Below are positions 12,801-22,883 of a stretch of 64,000 nt of DNA, piece after piece; position 1 is the first letter of the stretch, and each line of letters opens with the position of its first letter. Made by a program: the position numbers and the translations under genes. Source of the DNA: Heterodontus francisci (taxonomy: Eukaryota); the NCBI RefSeq assembly GCF_036365525.1, contig NC_090418.1:10974856-11038855 (forward strand), in the 5' to 3' direction. The notes under the pieces were generated by a model. That model saw nothing but the letters and a program-made list of their open reading frames with translations, was not told the origin of the DNA and ran no database searches.

Positions 12801-14623
12801 AAAAGCAAGAATTGCCAACAAGCAAGAACTACCTATAAAAAGGACGACAGTGAGCTCGAAGCACAGGAACAAGAAATTCTTCTGATATTGCCTCAAACCT
12901 CTCCACTTTATTTTTCTTCTGCTCTTTTCTGTCTCTATTTGCATGTGCGTACGGCTTATGCATGCCAGTGTCGGGCGCGCCTTGTATCAGTAGTCGCTAA
13001 CCGAATTAGAGTTTAAGTTTAGGTTTTAATAAATTTCGCTTTTCTTCTTTAAACCTAAGAAAGCCTGTTTATGCTCATTTCTTTGCCTTATAATTGGAAA
13101 GTGGTGAACAAGGATTCACCAAAGGGGGAGCTCAAAACACAGTGTGTTTAAAATTAAACCCTTGTTACAATAAGACCAGATGACGGCTGAGATAAACCCC
13201 TAGACATCTTTCTCACCTGGTCGTAACAGGACAAAATTGAACAAAAACAGAGATTTGTGGTGAATGGCTGTTTTTCAGACTTGAGAGGGGTATACTGTGG
13301 TGTTCCCCAGGATTCAGGACAAGAACAACTGATGTTTTTGATACCATTAATGACGTAAAATTGCAGGTAGAGGGCACGGTTTTGGAATTTGCAGTGTATG
13401 TGAAACTTCTTCTAAATGGTACACACTGCTGCCACTGTGCATCGGTGCAGGAGGGAGTGAATGTTGAAGGTGGTGGATGGGGTGCCAATCAAGCGGACTG
13501 CTTTGTCCTGGATGGTGTCGAGCTTCTTGAGTGTTGTTGGAGCTGCACCAATCCAGGCAAATGGAGAGTATTCCATCACACTCCTGACTTGTGCCTTGTA
13601 GATGGTGGACAGGCTTTGGGGAGCCAGGAGGTGAGTTACTTCCCGCAGGATTCCTAGCCTCTGACCTGCTCTTGCAGCCACGGTATTTGTATGGCTACTC
13701 CAGTTCAATTTCTGGTCAATGGTAACCCCTGGGATGTTGATAGTGGGGGAATTCAACAACCGTATTGCCATTGAATGTCAAGGGGAGATGGTTAGATTCT
13801 CTCTTGTTTGAGATGTCATTGGCTGGCACTTGTGTGGCCCGAATGTTACTTGTCACTTATCAGCCCAAACCTGGATATTGTCCAGGTCTTGCTGCATCGG
13901 GACACGGACTGCTTCATTATCTGAGGAGACACGAATGGTGCTAAACATTGTCCAATCATCAGCGAACATCTCACCTTATGATGGAGGGAAGTTCATTAAT
14001 GAAGCAATGTCACACGGACACTTTCACCATTCCTCCACGACGATCACAGCAACAATCTCTGGGCTCTAACAATTAGTGAGATGATGGCTATCTAAAGAAA
14101 ATGGTCCTGAGCAGAACGAGATACGATATAGGCCAATTAACGAGGAACGATGCAGCCAGATTTATATCGGCTTCCATTTTTGAGGAGACTGGATCAAAAG
14201 GTGCAGATGTTGTACCCGACTGTGACAAACTAGCAACGAATCCTTTGATCGGTTTTGATCCAATTCCTCTGTAACTGACAGACAAAGTTTTACCCTCAAT
14301 ATTAATGTGTTTATTACTGATATCACAGAGTGATTTCAGCTTCACTGATTTTGGTTGTAAATTATTTTAAATGGAGACAAGTGAAATTGTGATTTAAACT
14401 GGATTGATGCAAAGTGTAATCTAATAATCTATAACAGGATTATTTTCAAAATTCTAAAAGGAACTCACCACTCGACTGTTCCGTTTTGCTAAAATGACCA
14501 TTCGGTTTCTCTCTTTGAGCCAGTGGTGGTAGGTGCTTGGCAAGTAATCTGTCTCGTTGACAAGGAGGGAGAGAACCTGCTCAAAATCCTCTTCTGTAGC
14601 CTGGGAAAAGTCCAGGTCTAACT
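6826..14623 (-). CDS. nat16: NAT16/HISAT (histidine N-acetyltransferase)-like GNAT enzyme, copy 1, core exons 14623-14469, 8649-8437, 7395-6826
   Basis: Spliced translation LDFSQATEEDFEQVL..DYLPSTYHHWL..VILAKRNSRV|VALVSAHIVDDGQTAAMEALNVHPSERGKGIG..KQ|SLISLRF..VLPG..ESNL..IDMFG..FCTKELGL..EGDI follows the NAT16 family end to end. Acetyl-CoA motif A (RGKGIG) is intact, junctions are GT-AG phase 0, and the stop is TAA at 6826-6828. Confidence 0.9.
7465..8205 (+). mobile_element. CR1 LINE 3' fragment in the last NAT16 intron; unit 2 ~39150-39890
   Basis: KAHGILGFINR..RKDVKALERMQKRFTRMVPG..RRLRGDLIEVFK, plus 3' tail gggctgaatggcctccttctgtgctg. Confidence 0.9.
8985..9681 (-). mobile_element. Penelope-like element fragment with inverted 3' piece; unit 2 ~40670-41366
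   Basis: Minus strand: YKPTDSHSYLDY.SHP.SCKDSIPFSQFLRLRRICS (PLE RT thumb) and PCNRRRCNTCPF (linker before GIY-YIG). Plus strand ~9590-9681: QRKLDEQHLIYRL..LQPAGLNIEFNNFRA* (endonuclease C-terminus). Confidence 0.85.
9695..12282 (+). mobile_element. Decayed Ty3/Gypsy LTR retrotransposon internal region, Gmr1-like (gag-protease-integrase); unit 2 ~41380-43970
   Basis: E/R/K coiled-coil gag, SCAN-like capsid region, zinc knuckle CFHCNKAGHFKANC (~10828), protease ILRDTGASRS, then directly the integrase zinc finger HAGIRKT..FDWP..CRSCH and PAPLSPVP. Multiple frameshifts; no RT remains. Confidence 0.85.
12283..13228 (+). mobile_element. 3' LTR (~946 bp) of the Gmr1-like element; unit 2 43971-44916
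   Basis: Purine-rich gggtgtggagg immediately before TGTCATG; ends CGTAACA; internal AATAAA near 13027. No 5' LTR partner is visible. Confidence 0.75.
13415..14005 (-). mobile_element. Second CR1/L2-group LINE fragment (same family as 5375-6685); unit 2 ~45103-45693
   Basis: GVTIDQKLNWSSH..YKAQVRSVMEYSP..LKKLDTIQDKAVRLI. Confidence 0.85.
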
Positions 14624-14904
14624 CTGAGTACTTGACACATAAATAAAAGAAAAAGATTAATATCACAGCTGAATATAGCATGAGGTTTGGCTTCTGATTT
14701 ACAGGCGGAATGCGATGATCCCAGGCCTCAGGGGCTGACAGTCACTCAGGCACCAAGTGCAGAGTTTCGTTTGATTCGATAGTTCGTGTCTGCGTCTATA
14801 GATGGTAATTGAGTTAACAAACATGAAGAGCAACAACACGTATCAAGCAACATTGATATATGGGGAAGGGGTGATATGCCAGTGGCAGCTGAACAGATGC
14901 TTAA

Positions 14905-15640
14905 CATTTTCCAGCCCAGGCCTGGCGATGGACGGAGAAACCAATTGTGTGCCAGTTACATTGAAGTCTGCTCCCCTTGGATTTGAGATGGGCGAAGATG
15001 TGGGTCACACCTGGAGGAACCACGGTGAGAGAGAGAAAGAGTTTGACCAGGTGCAGGGAGACAATGATGGAAATGAGAGAGTGATTGAGCAGATCGGCAG
15101 CTGCAGAAGTGTTAGAGTGAATGGATGGCCAAAGGCTAGACAATAGGGAGTTTAAAAGTGCCACTGTAAATGGAGTGTGGGAGAGTTTCATCCAGGGTGG
15201 ATATCGCAATGACTGATGTTGGAATGGAGTTGGGAGATTGCAAGTGGTGAGTGATACGAGGAAGTGATCAGAAATGGTTTTGTCTGTGATGGAGATGAAG
15301 GGATTCGAGAGACTATGAGGGACGGCAAGGTCGAGGGAGTGGCCATGGAGATGGGTCATTAATTTATATGGAAGCAGAGGTTAAGGGAGGATCGGGAGGG
15401 AGTGAAATGAGAGGAGAGAGGGTACGGGCAGTTGAGATATAGTTTGAAATCACTGAGGATGAGGAGTCACCTAGTGCAGAGGCTGAGGGAGAGACGGAGT
15501 GAGGGGATCTCAGAGTGAGGTTTGGGTGGATGGTGGAGGACGTGGATTTTAAAGAAGAGGTGATAGGGGTGGAACAAAGTGAAAGAGTAAAAGGAGGAGA
15601 AGGTGCCAGAGGGGATGGGGTGGAGACCAAGGTCTGATTT
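14905..15640 (-). mobile_element. Degenerate L2-like LINE fragment (endonuclease region); unit 2 ~46593-47328
   Basis: THLHGHS/PLDLA..ISDHFLV resembles the APE C-terminal motifs (PTH..G..LDL, SDH). Confidence 0.6.
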
Positions 15641-15691
15641 GGTGAGACCTCTGCACGACCAGCATAATGAAAGGAGCTTGATATAACTTAC

Positions 15692-15785
15692 CCCCCTGGT
15701 ACAGCACATCCTCACTCCCGGCCGATCCATCAGTCGTGTACCTGGTGTTCTCCGGTAAGTGTGGATCCCAAAACCTGTCAGTGCC
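15692..15785 (-). CDS. Candidate upstream exon of NAT16-like gene (GTDRFWDPHLPENTRYTTDGSAGSEDVLYQG); copy 2 at 47380-47473
   Basis: Non-repeat island between two L2 fragments, with a ccag acceptor and strong G|GTAAGT donor. Its phase 1 end joins the CAG acceptor at 14623 in frame. Other acceptors or frames are possible. Confidence 0.5.
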
Positions 15786-16678
15786 CTGGATACAGGAGGG
15801 CTGGATGTGAGATGTGTGGAAGGGCAGAGCATGGAGGCAAATAAAATGAACTTTCAATGTAGTAATCTGAAACTGCAACATCAGTTTCTCCATGGAAACC
15901 GACACCCAGGTCCATCTCACCACCACCTCTCTCGACCCCTGTACTGTCTCTAAATTGTCAGACTGCTTGTTCAACATCCAACACTGGATGACTAGAAATT
16001 TGCTCCAACTAAATATTGGGAAGACCGAAGTAATTGAGCTGAATTTAATGCCGGAGGCGGTGGCCATGACAGTGGGCCGAAAAGCTGGGGGCAACCCCAC
16101 CGTAACTGACAACTGGAGCCCCGACACGATTCTATTCCCATCAGGCAATTAACTGCCTGGCATTGGCCACCCGTTCCTTTCAGAGCGGAGATCCCGCCTC
16201 CAAGAGCTGCCAGCCAATCGGAGGGCCGGCAGCTCACCAGTCGCAGTGGTGACACTGGGAGGAGTGGTCACTGCTGGGACTGCACCCGGCCAGGACCAAC
16301 AAGATGGAACATGTCCCTGAACCCAGGTAAGTGGGGTCAGGCTGACCGGGGCCAGTCAGGCTGGGTTGTTAGGGGGATGTTGGTGAGGGCAGAGTGGAGG
16401 GTGTTTCAGTGGGGGCAGCTCTCTCCACCGGCTGTCCCCTCCATGGGCCACAGGGTGCTCGATCAGGAGGGCTCCCCACAACCCGAGCCCACATGGAGGA
16501 CGACAGCTTTTACTGGGTAGACTTCCCACGTGCTGGAGGGACCCCCAACCCATCGGCCATTGGGGCTCAGGGCGTGAATGCCGTCCTCCACCATCCCCCC
16601 CCCCGATTGAACTAGATGGAGTCGGGAACGGCGACAGGCATTCCACGTCCCACATTCCCTTCCGATTCTACGGCCTCC

Positions 16679-19600
16679 TACGAATCTACGAATTAGGAGC
16701 AGAAGCAGGCCATTCGGCCCCTCGAGCCTGCTCCGCCATCAATAAGATCATGGATGATCTGTTTGTGTCTCGAATTCCACACTCCCATCTAACCTGATTA
16801 TCTTTGATTCCCTTACCTAACAATATTCAATGACCCCGCCTCCACCATCTCCTGAGGCAGGGAGTTCCACAGTCGCACAACCCTCTGAGAGAAAAAAATT
16901 CTCCTCCTCTCTGTCCGAAAAGGGCGACCCCTAATTTGAAAACAGTGCCCCCTAGCTCTGGACTCACCCACAAGAGGAAACATCCTTTCCACATCCACCT
17001 TGTCAAGACCGTTCAGGATCTTATATACTTTAATCAAGTCTCCCCTCACTCTTCTAAACTCCAGTGAAAACAAGCCCAGTCTGTCCAACCTTTCCTCATA
17101 AGACAACCCACTCATTGCAGGTATCAATCTAGTAAACCTCCTCTGAACCCCCTGCAACACAGTTACATCATAATAAAGGATAACATTCCATTAGCCTTCT
17201 TTATGACTTGCTCTGCCTGTATACTAACTTTTTGTGACTCCTGCATTAGAACACCTCGATCCCTCTGCACCTCGGAATTCTGCAGTTATTCTCTGTTTAA
17301 GTAATACTCAGATTTTTTTATTCTTCCTGCCAAAGTGAGCAACTTCACATTTCCCCACTTTATACTCCATCTGCCAGATTTTTTCCCACTCACTCAACCG
17401 ATCTATATTAGTCTGCAACCTCTTCATGTCCTCTTCACAACATACTTTCCTACCTATCTTTGTGTCATCTGCAAATTTAACTACCATGCCATTGCTCCCC
17501 TCATCTAAGTCATTGATATAAATTGTAAAATGTTGAGGCCCCAGCACAGACCCCTGCAGGATTCCACTCGTCACCTCCTGCCAATCAGAGAATGACACAT
17601 TTAGGCGTACTCTCTGCCTTCTGCCAGCCAGCCAATCTTCTATCCATGTTAATATGTTACCCCCAACACCATGAGCTTCTACTTTGCGCAATGACCTTTT
17701 ATGTTTTGCACTGGAGTGCTGTCTTGGGTTGCATTAGAGTGCTGAAGTGTGAGTGTTGTGACTGAGGGTAATCAAGGTTTAGTTGTATCTAAAATCTAGT
17801 GTTACTTTTAAGTGGAAAATTAACTTAACAGTTGCTGTTTGGGTTGGAGAAGGTGAGTTTTAGACTAGCTTTAAACAGAGTTCACTCAGGCTCTGCTTGC
17901 AGCTGCACCTTGTTCATTAGATAATTGGCTTAAACCAGTTTTCAGGGACTCGAGTCAGACAGTATAAAAGTGGGCCATCTTACAGTACTGACTTTGTTTG
18001 CACTGGAGCGCTGACTTGGGTTGCATTAGAGTGCTGAAGTGTGAGTTTTGTGACTGAGGGAGTTCGGTGATGAGGGAGTGAGGAGCTCCTTTCATTTCCT
18101 ACCTGTCCTCAAAGGGTGTGAGGGGAGCCGAGAGTTTCCACATAGCACAGCTGACTGGTGAGTAAGTCCTGGTGGGTATTTTTCAACCTGGATTGAATTG
18201 TAAGTCATTGTTTTAGCAAGACTTAGTTGAATGATTTTTTTTTACTATGATGGTCTTCTAAAGTTTTAAATTTAAAGGGTTTAGTAATGGCAGGAGAGCT
18301 TAAAACCGTGGGTTGCTCCTCTTGCTGCATGTGGGAATCCGGGAACATTTCCAGTCCCCGGGACCAGCATGTGTGCAGGAAGTGTGTCCAGCTGCAGGTC
18401 CTGGAAGCTCGGATTTCAGAGCTGGAACGCCGGCTGGAAACACTGTGGAGCATCCGCGAGTCTGAGAGCATTGTGGATAGCACGTATAGAGAGGTGGTCA
18501 CACCGCAGCTGAAGGGACTTGAGGAAGAAAGGGAATGGGTGACCACCAGGCAGTCCAAGAGAATCAGGCAGTGAGTTCAGGAGTCCCCTGGGGTCCCGCT
18601 TGCAAATCGGTATTCCATTTTGGAGGCTGATGAGGCTGGTTCCTCCAGGGAACGCGGACCGAGCCAAGCTTCTGGCACCACAAGCAGCCTGTCTGCACAG
18701 GAAAGGGGAAAGAGAGGAAGAGCAATAGTAATAGGGGATTCTATAGTCAGGGGAACAGATAGGCGCTACTGTGGCCGTCAACGTGACTCCAGGATGGTGT
18801 GTTGCCTCCCTGGTGCCAGGGTCCGGGATGTCACTGAATGGCTGCAGGGCATCCTGAAGGGGGAGGGTGATAAGGCAGAGGTCATGGTACATGTTGGTAC
18901 CAACAACATAGGTAGAAAGAGGGATGATGTCTTGCATCAAGAATTCAGGGAGTTAGGCAGTGGACTAAAAAGCAGGACCTCTCGGGTTGTAATCTCTGGA
19001 TTACTCCCAGTGCTAGCGAGTATAGAAATAGGAGAGGCAAAATTTGGTTAGGAATAGTCAGCATGGCTTTGTCAGAAGGAGGTCATGCTCACAAATGTGA
19101 TTGACTTTTTTGAGCATGTGACCAGGTGTGGAGATGAGGGTAGTGCAGTTGACGTAGTTTACATGGATTTCAGCAAAGCCTTTGACAAGGTCCCACACGG
19201 GAGCAAATGCACATGGGATACAAGGTAACTTGATAAGGTGGATTCAAAATTGGCTTAGCTGTAGGAGACACAGAGTGATGACAGACGGTTGTTTTAGTGA
19301 CTGGAAGCCAGTGTCCAATGGCCTACCACAGGGATCTGTGCTGGGTCCCCGACTGTTAGTCATCTATGTCGTTTATATAAATGACAATGTGGGGGGTAGG
19401 ATCAGTAAGTTCGCGGATGACACAAAGATTGGACGAGTGGTTAACAGTGAGGTTGAGTGTCTTGGGTTAGAAAATGGGCAAAAAAGTAGCAGATGGAATT
19501 TAACCCTGAAAAGTGTGAGGTGATACACTTTGGAAGGAGTAATGTGACATGGAAGTATTCAATGAATGGCCTGACACTGGGAAGTTCCGAGGAACAAAGG

Positions 19601-20745
19601 GACCTTGGCGTGTTTGTCCATAGATCTCTGAAGGCAGAAGGGCAGGTTAATAGGGTGGTGAAAAAGGCATATGGGACACTTGCCTTTATCAATCGAGGCA
19701 TAGATTACAAAAGCAGGGAGGTCATGTTGGAGTTGTACAGAACTTTGGTAAGGCCACAGCTGGAGTACTGTGTGCAATTCTGGTCGCCACATTATAGGAA
19801 GGATGTGATTGCACTGGAGGGGGTGCAGAGGCGATTCACCAGGATGGTGCCTGGGATGGAACATTTAAGCTATGAAGAGAGGTTGGATAGGCTTGGGTTG
19901 TTTTCGCTGGAGCAGAGAAGACTGAGGGGTGACCTGATTGAGGTGTACAAGATTATGAGGGGCATGGACAGGGTGGATAGGGAGCAGCTGTTCCCCTTAG
20001 TTGAAGGGTCAGTTACTAGGGGACACATGTTTAAGGTGAGAGGCAGGAGGTTTAAGGGGGACTTGAGGAAGAACTTTTTAACCCAGAGGGTGGTGACGGT
20101 CTGGAATGCACTGCCTGGGAGGGTGGTAGAGGCGGGTTGCCTCACATCCTTTAAAAAGTACCTGGATGAGCACCTGGCATGTCATAACATTCGAGGCTTT
20201 GGGCCAAGTGCTGGCATATGGGATTAGGTAGACAGGTCAAGTGTCTTTAATGCATCGGTGCAGACTCGATGGGCCGAAGGGCCTCTTCTGCGCTGTATTA
20301 TTCTGTGATTCTGTGATGTGGCACTTTGTCAAATGCCTGCTGGAAATCCAAGTACAGTGTGTCACTGGGCTCCACTTTGTCCACAGCACATGTTACTCCT
20401 TCAAAGCTCTCCAATAAATTGGTTAAACATGATTTCCCTTTAACAAGCCATGCTGACTATTCCCGATTACCTTGAGTTTTTCAAAGTGCCCAGCTATAGT
20501 CTCCTTAATGATCCATTCTAACACCTTCCCCATGATAGACATCAAGCTAACTGGCCTATAGTTACCTGTTTTCTGCCTCCTCCCCTTCTTGAAAACAGAG
20601 GTTATATTCGCGACTTTCCAGTCTGGTGGAACCTTTCTAGAATCCAGCGAAACTTTGAAAAATTAACACCAACCCATCTATAACCTCATTAGCCACCTCT
20701 TTTAAGACCCTCGGATGAAGCCCATCAGGACGCAGGGACTTGTCA
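16679..20745 (-). mobile_element. CR1 LINE (minus), interrupted at 17704/20316
   Basis: 3' tail at 16679, QRRFTRLIP..RGDLI, QGSVLGP..FADDTKIG. AFDKVPH|KRSLRKVEAHG reads through across the insertion. GCCTCC is duplicated at both ends. Confidence 0.88.
17705..20315 (+). mobile_element. Internally deleted CR1 LINE: repeated 5' UTR, ORF1 (zinc finger, zipper, SGNH esterase) joined to the RT half of ORF2; unit 2 48908-51477
   Basis: CSSCCMW..CRKC..LEARISELE, IVIGDSIVRG..CLPGARV..VHVGTN, then [31 protein letters not shown] and a 244 aa C-terminal ORF. Ends in ttctgtga repeats. Contains stops and frameshifts. Confidence 0.92.
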
Positions 20746-22569
20746 GCCTCCCACCGCCTCACTACCCATTCCCGTCAGCTAGTTTAAATTCCACCCATTG
20801 TCCTCGGTTCCCACCATAAACTCCTCTCCCTAGCTACCAACTCCCTAGTAACTGCCTGAGGTTGAACCAGACTGTTCACAACATCAGTGTCATATTTAAC
20901 CCCAAAATGAGCTTCCGACCACATCTCCGTACCATCACTAAGACTGTAACATCAACTGACTCCGCCACTGTCTCAGCTCATCTGCTACTGAAACCCTCAT
21001 CCATGCCTTCATTGCCTCTAGACTTGACCATTCCAACGCTTTCCTGTTCTACCCTCTGTAAACTTCAGCTCCGAACTCGCACCGACTCCCATTCACACTT
21101 CATCCCTGTGCTCACTGATCTACTTTGGCTCCCAGTTTAGCAACAACTCGATTTGAAAATTCTCATCCTTGTTTTCAAAACCCTCCACAGCCTCGCCCCT
21201 CCCTATCTCTGTAATCTGCTTCAGCTTCAAGATCCTCTGAGATAACAACACTCTTCCAATTCTGGCCTCTCCACCATTCCTGATTGTAATCGCTCCACCG
21301 TTGGTGTCGGTGCCTTCAGCTGTCGAGGTCCTAATCTCTGGAATCCTCTCCCTAACCCTCTCCGCCTCACTACCTTCCTTTCCTCCTTTAAGTCACTCCT
21401 TAAACATCGCTCTTAGACCAAGCTTTCAGTCACCTGTCCTAATATCTCTTTATATGGCTCGGTGTGGTATGTTCCTTTACAACACTCCTGTGAAGCACCT
21501 TGGCTCATTTAGATCATCGTGAAGAGAAGCGGCCCCAACCACTACCGATAATGTCAACACTTTGTTTACCAGAACACAACCCATTCAATACGTCAATGAT
21601 TCCAGGGTCTTCACCTCTATCATTCTGTTCAGAAGTCCCAACTAAGTATTGGCCACTCCCTGTTTATCATTCCTGATATCATTCCCAAAGTTACCTTTTA
21701 CTATTCAAACCTGTGTCGTTTGTTTAACCGTTTCCATATTGTTCACTATCTTATATATCACAATAAGATCACTGCTCAGGTAGCTCAAACGCCCAAGTCA
21801 CTCCAATCTTTCCTCATAACTCAGACCCTACTGCCTGGGGATCAGTCTTGTGTCTCTTCTCCTCACTGCCTCCGGTGTTTGAATGCCTCACTGGTGTTTC
21901 ATTGACCAGAACTGAACGTAGTCCTCAAGCTGTGATCTGACCAGAGTTTGATTACAATTTCTTGCTGTTCTGATCTATGGAGTTCAACATTGCATTAACC
22001 CTTAAATATCGAGGTGTTAGTGTGGAGAAAGAGAGGGATAAGGGCAGGATAGAAAGGACATTGAGAAAAAGTGAGAGAGGTTTATTCATAAGGAGAAATC
22101 AAACGGACAAACAGGGAGACAGGATCAGCAGCGTGAGAGAGAAAGATGACTTACAGAGAAAGAGAATACACAGAGGCAACGATTTCCCCTTTACTGTCTG
22201 TGTTACAGAATCTACCTGGTGTCTGGTACCCAATAAAACAATTACCTGTAGGAAGCTGAGAGACAGCGCTCCATATTCTCGAATCTTTCTCTGTCGTGTC
22301 GAATACTGATCCAACAAACACAGCTCCCTGCGATCGATGTGCTGGTTAATTTGAATTAGATTCAATGATATTTGGAACAGACCAGCAAACAGCACTCGGC
22401 ACCCCTTTCAGAGCCTGCAGTCGAGCCAGTTATATCTCAGAGCAGAGTTTGAAACTGTAGGAAGGGCTGGTAAAAAATACCTGAGGGAATAGATTAGGAT
22501 TCGTCAGACTTGGCAGCTGGACAGAAAAGCTTGGCAGTGAGTGAGACAGAATAACTGAGAGAATCTTAC

Positions 22570-22593
22570 CAGCGGGCAATGTGAAGCTGCCAT
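22570..22593 (-). CDS. Candidate first coding exon of NAT16-like gene (MAASHCPL); copy 2 at 53732-53755
   Basis: ATGG start followed by CTG|GTAAGA donor, phase 0. Compatible with the 15785 acceptor (351 aa total) or an AAG acceptor at 14630 (322 aa). Not confirmable without RNA data. Confidence 0.4.
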
Positions 22594-22883
22594 TTGAGAA
22601 ATAATGCAAAGTAACTTGTTATTCCTGATTAACTGTTCTGATAACAGCAATGTAGTTGGGAAACGAGTTTATCCTGTAACAAGCTCAGTTCAGTTCTAAT
22701 GAAATAATTCCTCATCATTAGCTTCAATATGTGATCCCACACAATGTGTCAATTTAATTCCTTTCATTACACTGCAAGGGAATTGCTCCCATTCCTCTTG
22801 GCATTTCCTCGCTGATGAAGATTTTGGGAAGGTTGTACCCACCGGTTGCAGGCAAGCTGGTGGTTGGTCAGGCCTTTCCGTCA

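Larger units (their letters stand above)
16036..20796. mobile_element. GC-rich non-autonomous DNA transposon (PIF/Harbinger-like MITE), interrupted at 16678/20746
   Basis: Imperfect termini GAGCTGAATTT ... AAATTCCACCC, flanked by a 3 bp ATT duplication; no coding capacity. Confidence 0.55.
15895..21520 (+). mobile_element. L2 LINE 3' half, split by a nested 4.76 kb insertion (L2 parts ~15895-16035 and 20797-21520)
   Basis: DTQVHL..LSDCLFNIQHWMTRNLLQLNIGKTE resumes at 20797 with ..LRLNQTVHNISVIFNPKMSF..PVLTDLLWLPV and an L2-type tail (ctgtgaagcaccttgg). Confidence 0.8.

Noticed and set aside
19493-20227. Intact 244 aa CR1 C-terminal ORF as a possible domesticated gene
   Set aside because: Frameshifted in unit 2 and typical of young CR1 copies.
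22246-22274. Alternative NAT16 first exon (MERCLSASY, phase 2 donor GTAATT)
   Set aside because: Needs a less favourable acceptor in the next exon. It cannot be ranked without RNA data, so it is not annotated.
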